Program-made: the position numbers and the translations under genes | Assembly (NCBI GenBank): GCA_964016885.1 | Contig: OZ024741.1 | Location: 179,676,001 to 179,740,000 of the forward strand | DNA length: 64,000 nt | Direction of reading: 5' to 3' | Source: Eledone cirrhosa | Lineage: Eukaryota | Notes under the pieces: model-generated | What the model was told of the DNA's origin: nothing | The model's input: the letters and a program-made list of their open reading frames with translations, nothing else | The model's database searches: none | Shown: piece by piece, positions 25,331 to 42,190 of the stretch | How the letters are laid out: each line of letters begins with the position of its first letter | Position numbering within the stretch: the first letter of the stretch is position 1

Positions 25331-26359
25331 ACCACTACAACTAAATTGACCTAATTTGAACCCCAAAATTCAGAAATGCTTCCACTGCTCCTGTTTTCAG
25401 ATGAAAATTTTCTAGCAGACAATTGAAAATGGGTGAAGAATTGAAGAAACCTAGTACTACAAGGGGATGAATGTGACCTGGGTCTCTGAGATACACTGAG
25501 CTAGAGAGAACACTGCAAAAAATCACAAAATTTACCTATTAGATGAGATAGTGACATATAGAATTTCACACTTGCATAAAACTACTATAAATTATTACTT
25601 TAGCTTAACATTTATTGTGTCTTTTATAGGAAATGGATTAAAACATGGACACTTGAACAAACGAAAGTAGCATTCAACCGCCAGAAAACTTAAGAAATAA
25701 TTAATTTATTAATCTCTTGTTAAGGTAAATTTTTCTTAATGGATTAGATATGTCATTTTAAGTCAATCTGTGATAATTTTCCAATACATTTAACAAATAA
25801 ATGTCATTAATTCTTGCTACTTAAAATCGGCGTGCCCTCGCGTTTTCTTTTTGATTTTGCTTCAAGATAAAAAAATAGATAAAATAAAAAGACCATAAAA
25901 CGCATACAATATAAAATAAAAAGACCAAAAAACGTATACAATATAAAAAGAAAAGAACTAGTTTCCTCGTTCATGAGTGATAAAAGATCAACAGATAGTA
26001 ACAACAGAAATGATGATGGTCAAGATGTGATGTAACCCAGGTTTAATTATAAAGGATGTTAGTTATGGTATTTAACAGGCTCCTAGGGCCCGTCACCAGC
26101 AAGTCCATTTGTAATGTTGCTTGAAGTTTTCGACATTAGTTGCTCGAAATCTTATCCAATTACTGAGTGTTCTGTATAAAAAATACGCTTCTGTCATGAC
26201 TGACTAAGGGTATGAGCTAGGGAAATTCTCCCAAGCGCAATCCTGGTCAAGATGTTTTGAGTAAGACTAGTTGCCGACCGACCATGCATGCAAGTTTCTC
26301 CTCTCCACACCATCAATGTTATCCCAGGGAAAAGCAAAGGTCGATACAATTTTTATTTA

Positions 26360-26670
26360 ATCAGGAGGGATGTTAGTCAGGAATCCAAACTGGAAAAGAA
26401 TAGTGTCATTGTGTATATACATCAAATGAAATACCAATATACTCAACTATAAAGGTCATCATGAATTTACAGTTTACAAAAAAACAAAAAGTAACTGCTA
26501 CTTCAGACTTAAGTTTGGGATTATACAGCTCTTGATGTTTGAAAAGCTTGCTCATGTTCATATAGTATCCTGGTGAAAAATTATTAGATGACAATTTAAA
26601 GTGTGGGAGGAATTGAGGAAACCTGGTACTACAAGGGAAGGTTTGTGACCTGGGTCTCTGAGAAACACTG
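26360..26670. mobile_element. Partial copy of the 360-bp hAT-type MITE; another right end at 25400-25498
   Basis: Shared AATGAAATACCAATATA, GAAAAGCTTGCTCATGTT and terminus CTCTGAGAAACACTG. Confidence 0.55.
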
Positions 26671-27657
26671 GACTATACAATTATTGAGGTTTGTAAAGCT
26701 TGGTCATTTTTATGTTAATTGTGATGATCGAGTGAAAAATTACTAGAGCCACTGTAATATATAATTGGCAAATGTAGCCAGCATGGCGTCTTTTTCTGAA
26801 ACGGTACATCACCTTGTTTCAAGATATCCCACACTAACTAGCTCAGACAAAAATATACTAGGTACAGACCTGGCACCTGGGTTTTTAGCGCTCTGGGGTT
26901 GGCCTACATTTTGCGCACCCTTCTTCCAATTATGCGCTCGATATTCCCATATAAATTAATTTTAACTTACAGTTTGGTAAGCTGACGAACCTACATTTTG
27001 ACACTTCTTGCTCTGTCCATACTAAGAAAATTATTAAACCTGCATTTTCCACTACATAGTCTATACTCCACCACGCCATGTTATGTGTCAGGTCAAAACA
27101 CCAGGCGACCTCTTTACCGCTTTAGATATTTTCTCAACGCTATTACGCGACAAAGATGTTCAGTAATTAATTTAAGGTTCAGTAATACGATTTTTCGAGG
27201 TCTACGGCGTAGGCGATTGCCCAATTGTCCTTAAGGGTAGCGCCGGCTCTGACGAAGTAACACAGTAACGTAGAGAAGCTGACCTACAAAAGCATGGCTA
27301 CATAATTTCAGAAGACGTCTTCTGTGCTACTTATCTTAAACATTATCTGTCTTAGATTATCATTTGATGGACTACAGTCGGTTTCGATGATGAGTATTCC
27401 AATTGTTCGATCGCGAGAACACCCAGCTCATGAAATTAACGTCCTAGTAGCTGAGAATTCAACAGACATGTACCTTAAAGTAATTCTCCGGGAGATTCAA
27501 CTTGACAATGTATGACAAGGTTGGCCCTTTGAACTACAGCTATAGTCCACCCGACAGGCTTCCAAACAATTTCCGTCTACCCAATTTCATTCACAACGCA
27601 TGGGTCATCCCGAGAGACTTCATGATTGCGAAGCGAACTTCTTAACATCAATGCTGC

Positions 27658-27806
<149 letters not shown>

Positions 27807-27849
27807 AACACACACTCACATGCATACATATATACATTCATACATAATG

Positions 27850-28332
27850 ATGGCTGCAAACTCTGCTAAGAGTATTGCAATCGCTTGTCAGATTACAGAA
27901 AATGGTGCTCTCTTAGGCTACGGTCAGCCACACGAACCTGTAACATATCCTGAACAAGCAATGCCGGTGCTTTGAAGGTTTTGTAAGTAAGTAAAGGCCT
28001 TGCACTCGACCAATCCCATTCTCTGAGCATCGAAAATGCTACCCGAAAAGGAGAACTGGTCAACATCATCGGATGCTTCCGAAGCCGCAGGCTTTTTTTT
28101 TTCCAGAGTTTTCTTCTCCTAGGTGGAAAAAAAGTACTATTTGGATGGCCATTGACTCTGCTGAGTTCCTCCGCCCTTTGCCAGGTCTCGTAGCTCATCC
28201 TACTGGGTGTCCAAATATCACCCTCCTCACCAAGCAAACTTGGTGGGGTTCCCGGTTTTGTCGCCGACGATCCGACCATGAGACAGGTTGTACAGGGTTA
28301 CATGTTACCAGTAGCACTCGAGAGCGACCTGA
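27850..28332 (-). mobile_element. Possible RTE-type LINE 5' UTR remnant
   Basis: GC-richer island; minus strand CTAGGAGAAGAAAACTCTG resembles a motif I recall from RTE 5' UTRs. No protein motif recognised. Confidence 0.3.
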
Positions 28333-28882
28333 CATAATACATACATACATACATACATACATACATACATACATACATACATACATGCATACATACACTC
28401 ACATTCAGTCACTATGCTTAGGTTGACTCGAGCCTATGGTAAATGACACTTGCCTAAGATGCCACACAGTGACATCGAACCTAGGACCTAATGGTTGCGA
28501 AGCAAACTTCTTAACCATGCTACGTCAACTATAACATTGCGAAAATATACCATAGAACTTTGCGTACAGAAATACTACTAAAGAGCACTTAATAAACCTA
28601 ATAGCATGTGATATCTGTGACATGAATAACAATAGTGTACTAATTATTGATGTAGTAATATCAAATGACTATATTGTCAGGCAGAAGTGAGCTGGAAATG
28701 AAAGCAATTACAACGACCTAGCTATTGGATTAAAAACATTATAGCAGTTTAGAGACTTGGTATACATATCTCCATGTATACACACATACAAACACACATA
28801 CATACACACACAAACACTCACATATATATGTATGTATACGATATATATATAATTATATATATGTGTGTGTGCGATATATATA

Positions 28883-28992
<110 letters not shown>

Positions 28993-29057
28993 GGTGTGTG
29001 TTGGTGTGTGTGTGTATCCCGGATTCAATCAGCAATAACCACAATAAGTAAGGTACT

Positions 29058-29114
<57 letters not shown>

Positions 29115-29156
29115 ATGATATTAAATAAATGGAAACTATATTTATAAAACCATATT

Positions 29157-29221
29157 TATTTTATTATATATATTTCAAGGATAACCAAGACAACATTGTT
29201 ACGCTTTCATCAGATAAAATA
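29157..29221 (-). ncRNA. Hammerhead ribozyme motif (family A), intact, in the 3' pLTR of a Penelope-like element
   Basis: tattttat-CTGATGA-aagcgtaac...gttatcctt-GAAA-tatata-TA-ataaaata. Confidence 0.8.
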
Positions 29222-29618
29222 CAAAGTTTGTTTTATAAATAGAGACATACCCATGAAAATCATACCTTATCGGTTGGAAATTCACTGGATAGTGGAAATA
29301 TATTATGGATTATTCAAACTTATGTGTGAATATGCAAATGAATATGTAAATAATTGAAAAACAACCGTTTATTTAAATGACACTGGAGAAAGAGAGAAAA
29401 AAAATAAAAAATAAAAAATATTACGAGAGATAGAGAGAAGAAATTAACAAGAGGATGAATAAAACTCATATAACGTTAATTTGGGAGAATATATTCAAAG
29501 TATATATCTAATGGTACGTGTATTTGCGATTAATTAGCTGTTAAAATTATTTTCTAATATAATATTTACTGTTATAAGTAGATAGAAAAATAAATAGATA
29601 CAAGAATAGATAGAAAAA

Positions 29619-29649
<31 letters not shown>

Positions 29650-30349
29650 ATAGAAAATAGATAAATAGATAAATAAATGAATAGATGGGTATATCGTGTT
29701 ATAGATAATTGTTTTAATGAGTTATGAGGGATATTGGTTTTGTATTTAATGTAATTAAATATTAAGTTAAATTAAATTAAGTTAGCTGAGTTAATAAGAA
29801 TATTTATATTTATATATTTTAAAATGGGAAGATACGGAAAAAACTCCAGTTTTGTTTATTTATTCGTTAGTATGAGACTATTTTGTCAAAATAAGTATAA
29901 ATGTTGAAAGATATATTTAGCCAGAATTAGTTAGTGGTTATAAATCTAATAAAAGATATTGAAAAAATATTAAAAATTCGGGAAAATTAAAAAAATAATA
30001 ATTTATAAGAGATAAGTAATTAAAAAAAAAAAGTAATTTAAAAAAAATAGATAAAAAATTAAAGAAATAAAAAATAAAGAATTAAAAATTATTAAGATTA
30101 AAATTACAATTAAAATTAAAATTAAAATTAAAATTAAAATTAAAGTTAAAATTTAAATTTAAAAAATTAGAATTATATATGTATATATATGTATTAATTA
30201 TATATATGTATATATATGTATTAAGAAGTGAAATTATAGCAAATGTTATAGTTATGATTTAGAGATATCAATATATTAAAACCAAGTGGATAAGATTGTT
30301 ATGGAAGTAAGTAGAAATATTATAAGTGTAATTATAATTTATATATAGT

Positions 30350-30672
30350 TCTAAATGTTGAATTCAGGCAATGTCTACAAGAACTAAATAAATTCGTCCT
30401 TATATTAATAGAGTTCTTCTTTAAGTATGAAAAAAAATTCCTCAACACACAATTTGCAAAATCTAGATAAAGCTGTGTTTTAGTACGCGGGTGCTTACGA
30501 AATTATTTCCCAAGTTAAAGAATAGTCCATATTCTTGCATTTTAAGTTCCATATCAGGTTTGAAAGAGAAGTTGAAGATTTTTTATCAAATCTTTGGAAA
30601 GAGCATTTGGGATTATTCCAGCGACTTTTAAATTCTGTAGAAGTTGCACCTACATAGTTAAATATATTATCA
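30350..30672 (-). pseudogene. GIY-YIG endonuclease remnant of a 5'-truncated Penelope-like element (element about 29117-30776)
   Basis: NYVGATSTEFKSRWNNPKCSF...STSLSNLIWNLK...LTWEII...FCKLCVEE...NIRTNLFSSCRH, with two stops and a frameshift. Confidence 0.85.
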
Positions 30673-30773
30673 CTGGTATATTGAATATTTACTCCAGTAA
30701 TCTGTTGAGTGGTGTAAATCAGTTATAAACATTTATATTTGTCGGACTTCCAACAAATTAAATACCACTTCTA

Positions 30774-30830
<57 letters not shown>

Positions 30831-31153
30831 AGGAAAGTGTGGTAAGAAACCAGGTGGACCATAACGCACCAGAGTACTCGATACTTAGGGTAGTAGAGTG
30901 GGTAATAGGAACAGAGTCAGGACCCCGACGGCTGAGCTCCGGCCGTTTCGACATCACAGCCGTCGGAAAACGTGGAAGAGACAAGTACATGTAAAATTCT
31001 CGCTCATCAGCTGTCTTTCTGTTGATCATTATAGCTTCGAAGATGACTGACTAGATCGGTGTCAAATCTTAAATGGCTGTGACCAAGGATTGGAAGGGAA
31101 GGGGTGTATTAAGGAATGAGGGAGAGGAAGAAAAAAAGAAAAGTAACTGGATA

Positions 31154-31237
<84 letters not shown>

Positions 31238-32719
31238 TATATGCATGCATACATGCACACACACTCACACACAAATATTTATATATATATATATATATAT
31301 TAAGACAGGGGGGAAGAAAAAATGGCTTCACTTGTGCTTTCAACAAATTTATTTTCTTCACAAAATCCAAAAAGAATTTTTCTTAAAAAAAATTTATTTT
31401 ATAAATTTAGTTGTTGGTTGTTGGTTAGGTCTTAGGAGTTCTTGGTTAACGTAGGAGGTATTGTTTCGTTTTTAGAAAGACCTTTCACGCTGAGGTGCGC
31501 TTGTCAAACTGATGTGTATGTGGTGTGTTGTTCTATATATAGGGATTTAACATGTCTGTGGTGTGGTGGGGGTTTCTTTTCTCCCCCTTTAATAAGTGCA
31601 TGGGTGTAGGTGTGTTGAAAAAGTGTTCATAGCAGTAATGAGTTGAGACGGTGAGTAGGGTTGGGTGGGGAGAAATGTAGCAAGTGCGGCCTGCCCCAGT
31701 CATTCTCGAAAAATTCATTTATTCAGGGGAAAAAGCTTTTAGCATGGCTTTTGTGTTGAGAATGGTCACAGGCAAATCGCACCTGTCAAGTTTGTGAATA
31801 ATTATTTTTTTCTTCTTTTTTTCCTGAAGCATTTTTCTACGTCCATCCCAAAGTTAGTCCTTTGTTCAACACACACATATGTGCGCATGTACGTACATAC
31901 ACACACGGGCATATGTAGGAATATATAGGCACACACCATCAATCACACACCCATGTACAAATACATCCACATACATACACAAAAAACATATAGAGACACA
32001 TATAAAAACACACATATATATATATATATATTTGCTTCAATAATCCGTGTTGGTTGATCCAAACAATCAACTATCTAATTATAGTGTAATCCACCATAAG
32101 CACTCCACGTCAAGAGTATCCATAAGCTATTACATATAATGGTATCAGGCCGTGTATCGTTAAGAAAGAAGAGAGACGGTTTTATATATTCAACTTCAGT
32201 CTTAGAGACAATTAACTGAATTTGAAGATGTGAAACCGTCTCTCTTCTCATGGACATACGCAAACACTGCCAGATACATTACACACACACAAAATTACTC
32301 CAACGCACATATACAGTACATACATTCAAACTTACATTCACTCACACATAGAAGTACACTACCGCTACCGCACGGATATACGCATACACTCACTATCTTT
32401 GATACTTTACACACCATACCTTGAAAAATCACACACGTTTAAACATACACATGATATCGATACTAATACACACACACACTCCACTTTGCGTGCCTACTCG
32501 TTACCAAGACAACCTAATGGTTTGTCTTGTTTTCACTCAGTTTCTATTTTTTTTTTTCTTTATTCGGACCTTCTTTATTTCTGTTCCCCATTTGTGATTC
32601 TGTCTCTATTTTGTACTCCTGAAGAAGGGCTAAAGTCCGGCTCCTCGAACTTTCTATCCTCATTCCCTTATAAACCGTGAAACTAATAAGACTTTTTGTA
32701 CCTTTGTTTGTTGTCCTTG

Positions 32720-32807
<88 letters not shown>

Positions 32808-32858
32808 ATATATGTATATATATACGTATATATATATATATATATATATTTATTTATA

Positions 32859-32906
<48 letters not shown>

Positions 32907-32970
32907 CACACATATACATATATATATACACACATATATATATACATACACACACACACACACACACACC

Positions 32971-33027
<57 letters not shown>

Positions 33028-33032
33028 GTATA

Positions 33033-33098
<66 letters not shown>

Positions 33099-33119
33099 GT
33101 ATAATAGACAATACAATAT

Positions 33120-33197
33120 AATTACCTCATTACCAGAGGTTTCCCGAATAAGACGAATACGAAAAACGTCCTCATTCGTTTGTCGGACAAGGCAATT
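33120..33197 (-). ncRNA. Decayed hammerhead related to 20170-20243
   Basis: aattgccttgt-CCGACAA (for CTGACGA)-acgaatgaggacg...cgtcttattcgg-GAAA-cctctgg-TA-atgaggtaatt. Confidence 0.6.
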
Positions 33198-34458
33198 TAA
33201 AACATAGTGAAATGTTTGAAAAGTCTCCTCAAGAAATGCAAAAATTTAACGGCCAAATAATATATAAATAAAAGTAATGCAAGAGATATATAAAAAAATA
33301 AGGAAATATAGTTAGGGTATGTGTATAAGTATGTATATACACTCACAAATGTACATATGTGTGTATGTACAAATGCATGTGTATGGTGAAAATGTGTGCG
33401 TAAGAACATATATGAAGGCAAGTATATTTGTGTATATGTGACCACAAATACGTATATAATATGAGTTGAAAAAGAAATTGTAAGATAATATAGTTAACAC
33501 GCATCCAGATACAGATATTAAATACACATACGAGTATGAAAGCACGCGTATAAACACACACACACGCGCGGTCACTTATATGCGGAAGATAAAGAGGGAA
33601 GGGAGTGTAATAGTAAAAAGAAGTGTCATTCTCGATATATGTATAAAAATGAAACAATATATGAGAATGAAAAATCTTTTTAAATCAAAGAGAAAGTAAT
33701 CAATTAAGACTAGAGAAAAGAAAACAAACATAGGTACGCACATACACACACACATATATATATATATAAATATTTATACACACAAATACGTACAGACAAA
33801 AGCGCATGCATGCGTACATACATACACACGAGGCACGTATATATATATATATATATATCGCCACATGTATATCTAATCACACGTACGTGACTATATATAT
33901 ATATACATATATACATACACACCCATACATACATATACATATACACACATATACATACACATACACATACATTCACCCGCATACACACACACGTATAAAT
34001 AAGAATGTAAAAAACATAGATATATAAAAAAAAACATAGATATAAAAACACACATACACACACATATATATACGTACGCACGCACACATACGGAGGCGTT
34101 CGTATACATATACAGAACGTATACACACATATGCACACTCGCACGCATAGATACAGATTATAAACCAGCCGTATGTATGAATGAGTACAAATATAAAATC
34201 GGCTGCGAAACAACAGAATATATCTGGAGTGGAAAACGCAAGTGACATGTGATATCAGGTAGTGAAAGAAAATGGGGAAGTAAAATGTGGAATGTGAAGA
34301 TATTAGGTAGGTGAATCGAAAAGTAGGGAGGGAGCGGGGGTTACTGGTGGATGTGAAGTAAAAATAAAAATAAAATTAAAAATAAAGTTAAAAATGAAAG
34401 TAAATCAGAAAGAGAAGTCTGTAAAGAGGTTAATTTAAGGAAAGTGAAGAATAAGAGT

Positions 34459-34674
<216 letters not shown>

Positions 34675-34953
34675 TGGAATAGAATGAAACGAAATTTCAT
34701 TTCTCACTCTTAGTACGGCACTTACTTAAATGTAAGTATGTATGTATACGTACATACATATATGTATACAGACGTACAGTAGTATGTATATATATATACA
34801 TACATGCACACATATATATATGCACGTATCGGTTTACCGAACATTTATTATAATGCTCGGTTTGTTTGTTTGTAAACAAACAAACAGCCCGAATTACGCC
34901 GTACAGTGTTTAGGCAAACACGTCACCTTTTTGTTCAACACTGACACAGGAAC

Positions 34954-35120
<167 letters not shown>

Positions 35121-35342
35121 TATATATATGTATATATATATATATATATAGGAAAAAGTATGACCCCGACGGCAGAGCTCAAGCCGTTTCGACGGCTATT
35201 TCTGGACCAGAAATAGCCCTCGAAACGGCTTGAGCTCTGTCGTCGGTGTCATACTTTTTCCTATTACCCATTCTTCTACCCTAAGTATTGAGTACTCTGG
35301 TGCATTATGGTCCATCTGGTTCCTTACCACAATTCCTTCGTT

Positions 35343-35382
<40 letters not shown>

Positions 35383-35421
35383 GATATTAATAAATGGAAA
35401 CTATATTTATAAAACCATATT

Positions 35422-35486
35422 TATTTCATTATACATATTTCAGGGATACCAAATTAAATTATGGTATGCCTACATCAGACAAAATA
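35422..35486 (-). ncRNA. Family A hammerhead with core mutation (CTGATGT)
   Basis: Close homologue of 2800-2863. Confidence 0.55.
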
Positions 35487-35969
35487 CAATATATAACAGT
35501 TTTACAAATAAGCTTTGACGTACCCTTTTAAAATGCAACCATTGTTTTTGGAAGCCATCCGGATAGTGATTTGTTTATATTACTTTAATAAGTCATAGTG
35601 TTAAGGACAATCAGAAAAAGACGGAGAGAAAGAAAAAGACGGAGAGAAAGAAAAAACGTTGAGAAATATCGGAGAGAGAGAGATGTATGGAGAAAAAAGA
35701 AAGAGATTAGTAAAGACAGGAAGAAAGGAAGAAAGAAGAAAAAAGGAAGAAATAAGAAAAACAGAGGAAAGCAACAGAGAGATATTAAGTCAACAGACAG
35801 ATAGAAAAACTCAAGAGAGAGAAATATTATATAGAGAGAGGGGGAGATTATGAAAACTTTACGTCATGTCATATTAAGTTGAGTTAACAATTCATATGAA
35901 ATGAATAATAAAAATATAAATATTAATATTCATGAATGGGACATAGGTATATAATATGAGAAATTAAAC

Positions 35970-36153
<184 letters not shown>

Positions 36154-36290
36154 CGAAGGAAATGTGGTAAGGAACCAGCTTGAGCTCAGCTGTCGGGGTC
36201 TTACTGGTTCCTATTACCCACTCTACTGCCTCAAGTATCGAGTACTTTGGTGCGTTATGGTCCACCTGGTTCCTTACCACATTTCCTTCG

Positions 36291-36333
<43 letters not shown>

Positions 36334-36555
36334 CTTATCGAGTTAGTCACAGGGAATCGGCAGAGCTTTGGTCATCTACTTACATACTCAAATTACACAA
36401 TAATATAATTAGGTTTGTAATACAAAGTCGTTAAGTTAATCGTTAGGGAATTAATATATCAAATATTCCGGACTGTTGATAATTTCTGCATTCTAATCTG
36501 TCAACAAAAGGTCCAACTGGAACGTTGACAGTGACTATGTAATATCAGCAGACAT

Positions 36556-39500
36556 AACATACACTCTACATTGTACACACCACATTGTACACACTACATT
36601 GTACACACCACATTGTACACACCAGATTGTACACACTACATTGTACACACTACATTGTACACACCACATTGTACACACCACATTGTACACACCACATTGT
36701 ACACACCACATTCTACACACCAGATTGTACACACTACATTGTACACACCACATTGTACACACTACATTGTACACACTACATTGTACACACTACATTGTAC
36801 ACACCACATTGTACACACCACATTGTACACACCACACTGTACACACCACATTGTACACACCAGATTGTACACACTACATTGTACACACTACATTTTACAC
36901 ACCACATTGTACACACCACATTGTACACACCACATAGTACACACCACATTGTACACACTACATTGTACACACCACATTGTACACACCACATTGTACACAC
37001 CACATTGTACACACCACATTGTACACACCACATTGTACACACTACATTGTACACACCACATTGTACACACCACATTGTACACACCACATTGTACACACTA
37101 CATTGTACACACTACATTGTACACACTACATTGTACACACCACCTTGTACACACTACATTGTACATACTACATTGTACACAACACATTGTACACACTACA
37201 TTGTACACACCACATTGTACACACTACATTGTACACACCACATTGTACGCACCACATTGTACACACAATAGTGTACACACCACATTGTACACACCGCATT
37301 GTAGACACCACATTGTACACACCATATTGTACACAACACATTGTACACACCACATTGTACACACCACATTGTACGCACCACATTGTACACACCATATTGT
37401 ACACACCACATTATACACACCACAATGTCCACAACACATTGTACACAAAACATTGTACACAACACATTCTACACACTACATTGTACACACCACATTGTAC
37501 ACACTACATTGTACACACCACATTGTACACACCACGTTGTACACACCATATTGTACACACCACGTTGTACACACCACAATGTACACAACACATTGTACAC
37601 AAAACATTGTACACAACACATTGTACACAACATATTGTACAGAAAACATTGTACACAAAACCTTGTACACCCCACATTGTACACAACACATTGTACACCC
37701 CACATTGTACACACTACACTGTACATACTACATTGTACACAACACATTGTAGACACTACATTGTACACACCACATTGTACACACCATATTGTACACATCA
37801 TATTGTACACACCACATTCTACACACCACATTGTACACACTACATTGTAAACACCACATTGTAAACACCACATTGTACACACCATATTGTACACACCACA
37901 TTGTACACACCCTCTTGTACACACCACATTGTACACACCACATTGTACACACCACATTTTACACACTACATTGTACAAACTACATTGTACACTCTACATT
38001 TTACACAACACATTGTACACAGGACATTGTACACACCAGATTGTACACAACATATTGAACATAACACATTGTACACAACACATTGTACACACCACATAGT
38101 ACACACTACATTGTACACATTACATTGTACACACGACATTGTACACACCACATTGTACACACTACATTGTAAACACCACATTGTGCACACTACATTGTAC
38201 ACACCACATTGTACACACTACATTGTACACAACACATTGTACACACTACACCACGTCGTACACACCACAATGTACACACTACATTGTACACAGCACATTG
38301 TACACACCACATTATACACACCACATTGTACACGACACGTTGTACATACTACATTGTACACACCACTTTGTACACAACACATTGTACACACTACATTGTA
38401 CACATCACATTGTACACATCACATTGTACACACTACATTGTACACACCACATTGTACAGACTACATTGTACACAACACATTGTACACACTAAACCACATT
38501 GTACACACCACATTGTACACGCTACATGGTACACAACACATTGTACACACCACATTGTACACATCACTATGTTCACAACACATTGTACAGCCCACATTGT
38601 ACACATTATATTGTACACAACACATTGTACACACTACACCACATCGTACACACCACATTGTAGACACTACATTGTATAAGATACATTGTACACACTACAC
38701 CACATTGTACACACCACATTTTACACCCCACATTGTACACAACACATTGTACATAATACATTGTACACACCACATTGTACACAACACATTGTACACACTA
38801 CATTGTACACACCACATTGTACACACCACATTGTACACACTACATTGTACACACCACATTGTACACACTACATTGTACACAGCACATTGTACACACTAAA
38901 ACCCATTGTACGCACCACATTGTTCACGCTACAATGTACACAACACATTGTACACACCACATTGTACACACCACATTGTACACACCACATTGTACACACT
39001 ACACTGTACACACCACATTGTAAACACCACATTGTACACACCATATTGTACACACCACATTGTACACAACCTCTTGTACACACCACATTGTACACACCAC
39101 ATTATACACACCATATTGTACACACCACATTGTACACACTACATGGTACACACCACATGGTACACACCATATTGTACACACCATATTGTACACACCATAT
39201 TGTACGCACTACATTGTACACACTGCATTGTACACAACAAATTGTGCACACAACATTGTACACAACACATTGTACACACTACATTGTACACAACACATTG
39301 TACACACCATATTATACACACCACATTGTACACACCACATTGTACACACCACATTATACACACCGCATTGTACACACTACATTGTACATACTACATTGTA
39401 CACAACACATTGTACACACTACATTGTACACACCCCATTGTACACACCACATTATACACACCACATTGTACACACCACATTGTACACACTACATTGTACA

Positions 39501-42190
39501 CTCTACATTTTACACAACACATTGTACACAGCACATTGTACACACCAGATTGTACACAACATATTGAACACAACACATTGTACACAACACATTGTACACA
39601 CCACATAGTACACACTACATTGTACACATTACATTGTACACACAACATTGTAAACACCACATTGTGCACACTACATTGTACACACCATATTGTACACACT
39701 ACATTCTACACACCACATTGTACACGCTACATTGTACACACCACATTGTAGACACCACATTGTACACACCATATTGTACACACGTCATTGTACACACCAC
39801 ATTGTACACACCACTTTCTACACACCACATTGTACACACCACATTGTACACACCACATTGTACACACCACATTGTACACACCACATTATACACACCGCAT
39901 TGTACACACTACATTGTACATACTACATTGTACACAACACATTGTACACACCACATTGTACACACCACATTGTACACACCACATTGTACACACCACATTG
40001 TACACACCACATTGTACACACTACACTGTACACACCACATTGTACACACCACATTGTACACACCACATTGTACACACTACATTGTACACACCACATTGTA
40101 CACACCACATTGTACACACCACATTGTACACACTACATTGTACACACTACTTTGTATACAACACATTGTCCACACTAAACCACATTGTGCACACCACATT
40201 GTACACACTACATTGTACACACCACATTGTACACACTACATTGTACACACCACATTCTACACACTACATTGTACACAACACATTGTACACACTACATTGT
40301 ACACGCCATATTGTACACACCTCATTGTACACAACACATGGTACACACCTCATTGTACACACTACATTGTACACACCACATTGTACACAGAATATTGTAC
40401 ACACCACATTGTACACACCACATTGTACAAATCACATTATACACACCACATTGTACAGAGTACATTGTATACACCACATTGTACATAACACATTGTACAC
40501 ACCACATTGTACACACCACATTGTACACACCACATTGTACACACCACATTGTACACACCACATTGTACACACCACATTGCACACACTACGTTGTACACAC
40601 TACTTTGTATACAACACATTGTACACACTAAACCACATTGTGCACACCACATTGTACACACTACATTGTACACACCCCATTGTACACACTACACTGTACA
40701 CACCACATTGTACACACTACACTACATTGTGCACACTACATTGTACAAACTACATTGTACACAACAAATTGTACACACTATACAACATTGTACACAACAC
40801 ATTGTACACACTACATTTTACACACCACATTGTACACACCGCATTGTACACACTACATTGTACATACTACATTGTACAGAACACATTGTACACACTACAT
40901 TGTACATTTTACTTTGTACACACCACATTGTACACCACATTGTACACACACCACATTGTACACACCACATTGTACACACCATATTGTATACAGCACATTG
41001 TACACACCATATTGTACACACGGTATTGTACAAACCACATTGTACACACTACATTGTACACAACACATTGTACACACCACATTGTACACACCATATTGTA
41101 CACACCACATTTTACACACAACATTTTACACACCACATCGTACACACTACATGGTACCAACCACATTGTACCCACCACATTGTACACACCACATTGTACA
41201 CACTACATTGTACACACCACATTGTACAACAAACACATTGTACACAATACATTGTACATACTACATTGTACACAACACATTGTACACACAACATTGTATA
41301 CACCACATTGTACACACCATATTGTACTCAACACATTGTACACACTATATTGTACACACTACATTGTACACAAGACATTGTACGCAACACATTGTACACA
41401 ACACATTGTACACATCACTTTCTACACACCACATTGCACACACCACATTGTACACACCACATTATACACACAAAATTGTACAAACCAAATTGTAGACACC
41501 ACATTGTACACACCACATTGTACACACCACATTGTACACACCACATTGTACACACCACATTGTACACACCGTATAGTACACACAATATTGTACACACCAC
41601 ATTGTACACACCATATTGTACACAACACTTTGTATACACCACATTTACACACAACCTTGTACACACCACATTGTACACAACATAATGTAAACACCACATT
41701 GTACACACCACATCGTACACAACACATTGTACACACTACATTGTACAGATTACATTGTTCACACCACATTGTACGCACTACATTGTACCAACCACATTGT
41801 ACACACCACATTGAACACACCACATTTTACACACCACATTGTACACACCACATTGTACACACCACATTGTAAACACCACATTGTACACACTTCGTCGTAC
41901 ACAACACTTTTTACACAACATATTGTGGACAAAACATTGTACACAACAGATTGTACACACCACATTGTACACACCAAATAACATACACACCACATTGTAC
42001 ACAAAACATTGTACACACTATATTGTACACACCACATTGTACACACCGCATTGTACACACCACATTGTACACACCACATTGTACACAACACATTGTACAC
42101 ACCACACCACATTGTACACACCACACCACATTGTACACACCACACCACATTGTACACACTACACCACATTGTACACACTACATTGTACAC
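36556..42190. repeat. Satellite domain A, 14-bp monomer CACACCACATTGTA (roughly 400 units)
   Basis: Direct sequence; common variants CACACTACATTGTA and CACAACACATTGTA. Confidence 0.97.

Noticed and set aside
26868-27250. Possible hAT-like element with CAGACCTGGCACC / AGCGCCGGCTCTG ends; a similar weak case at about 25003-25393
   Set aside because: TIR match is partial and no TSD was confirmed.
27893-28426. Overlapping 128-aa and 117-aa ORFs in a GC-richer island
   Set aside because: No recognisable protein motif; more likely a retroelement UTR remnant.
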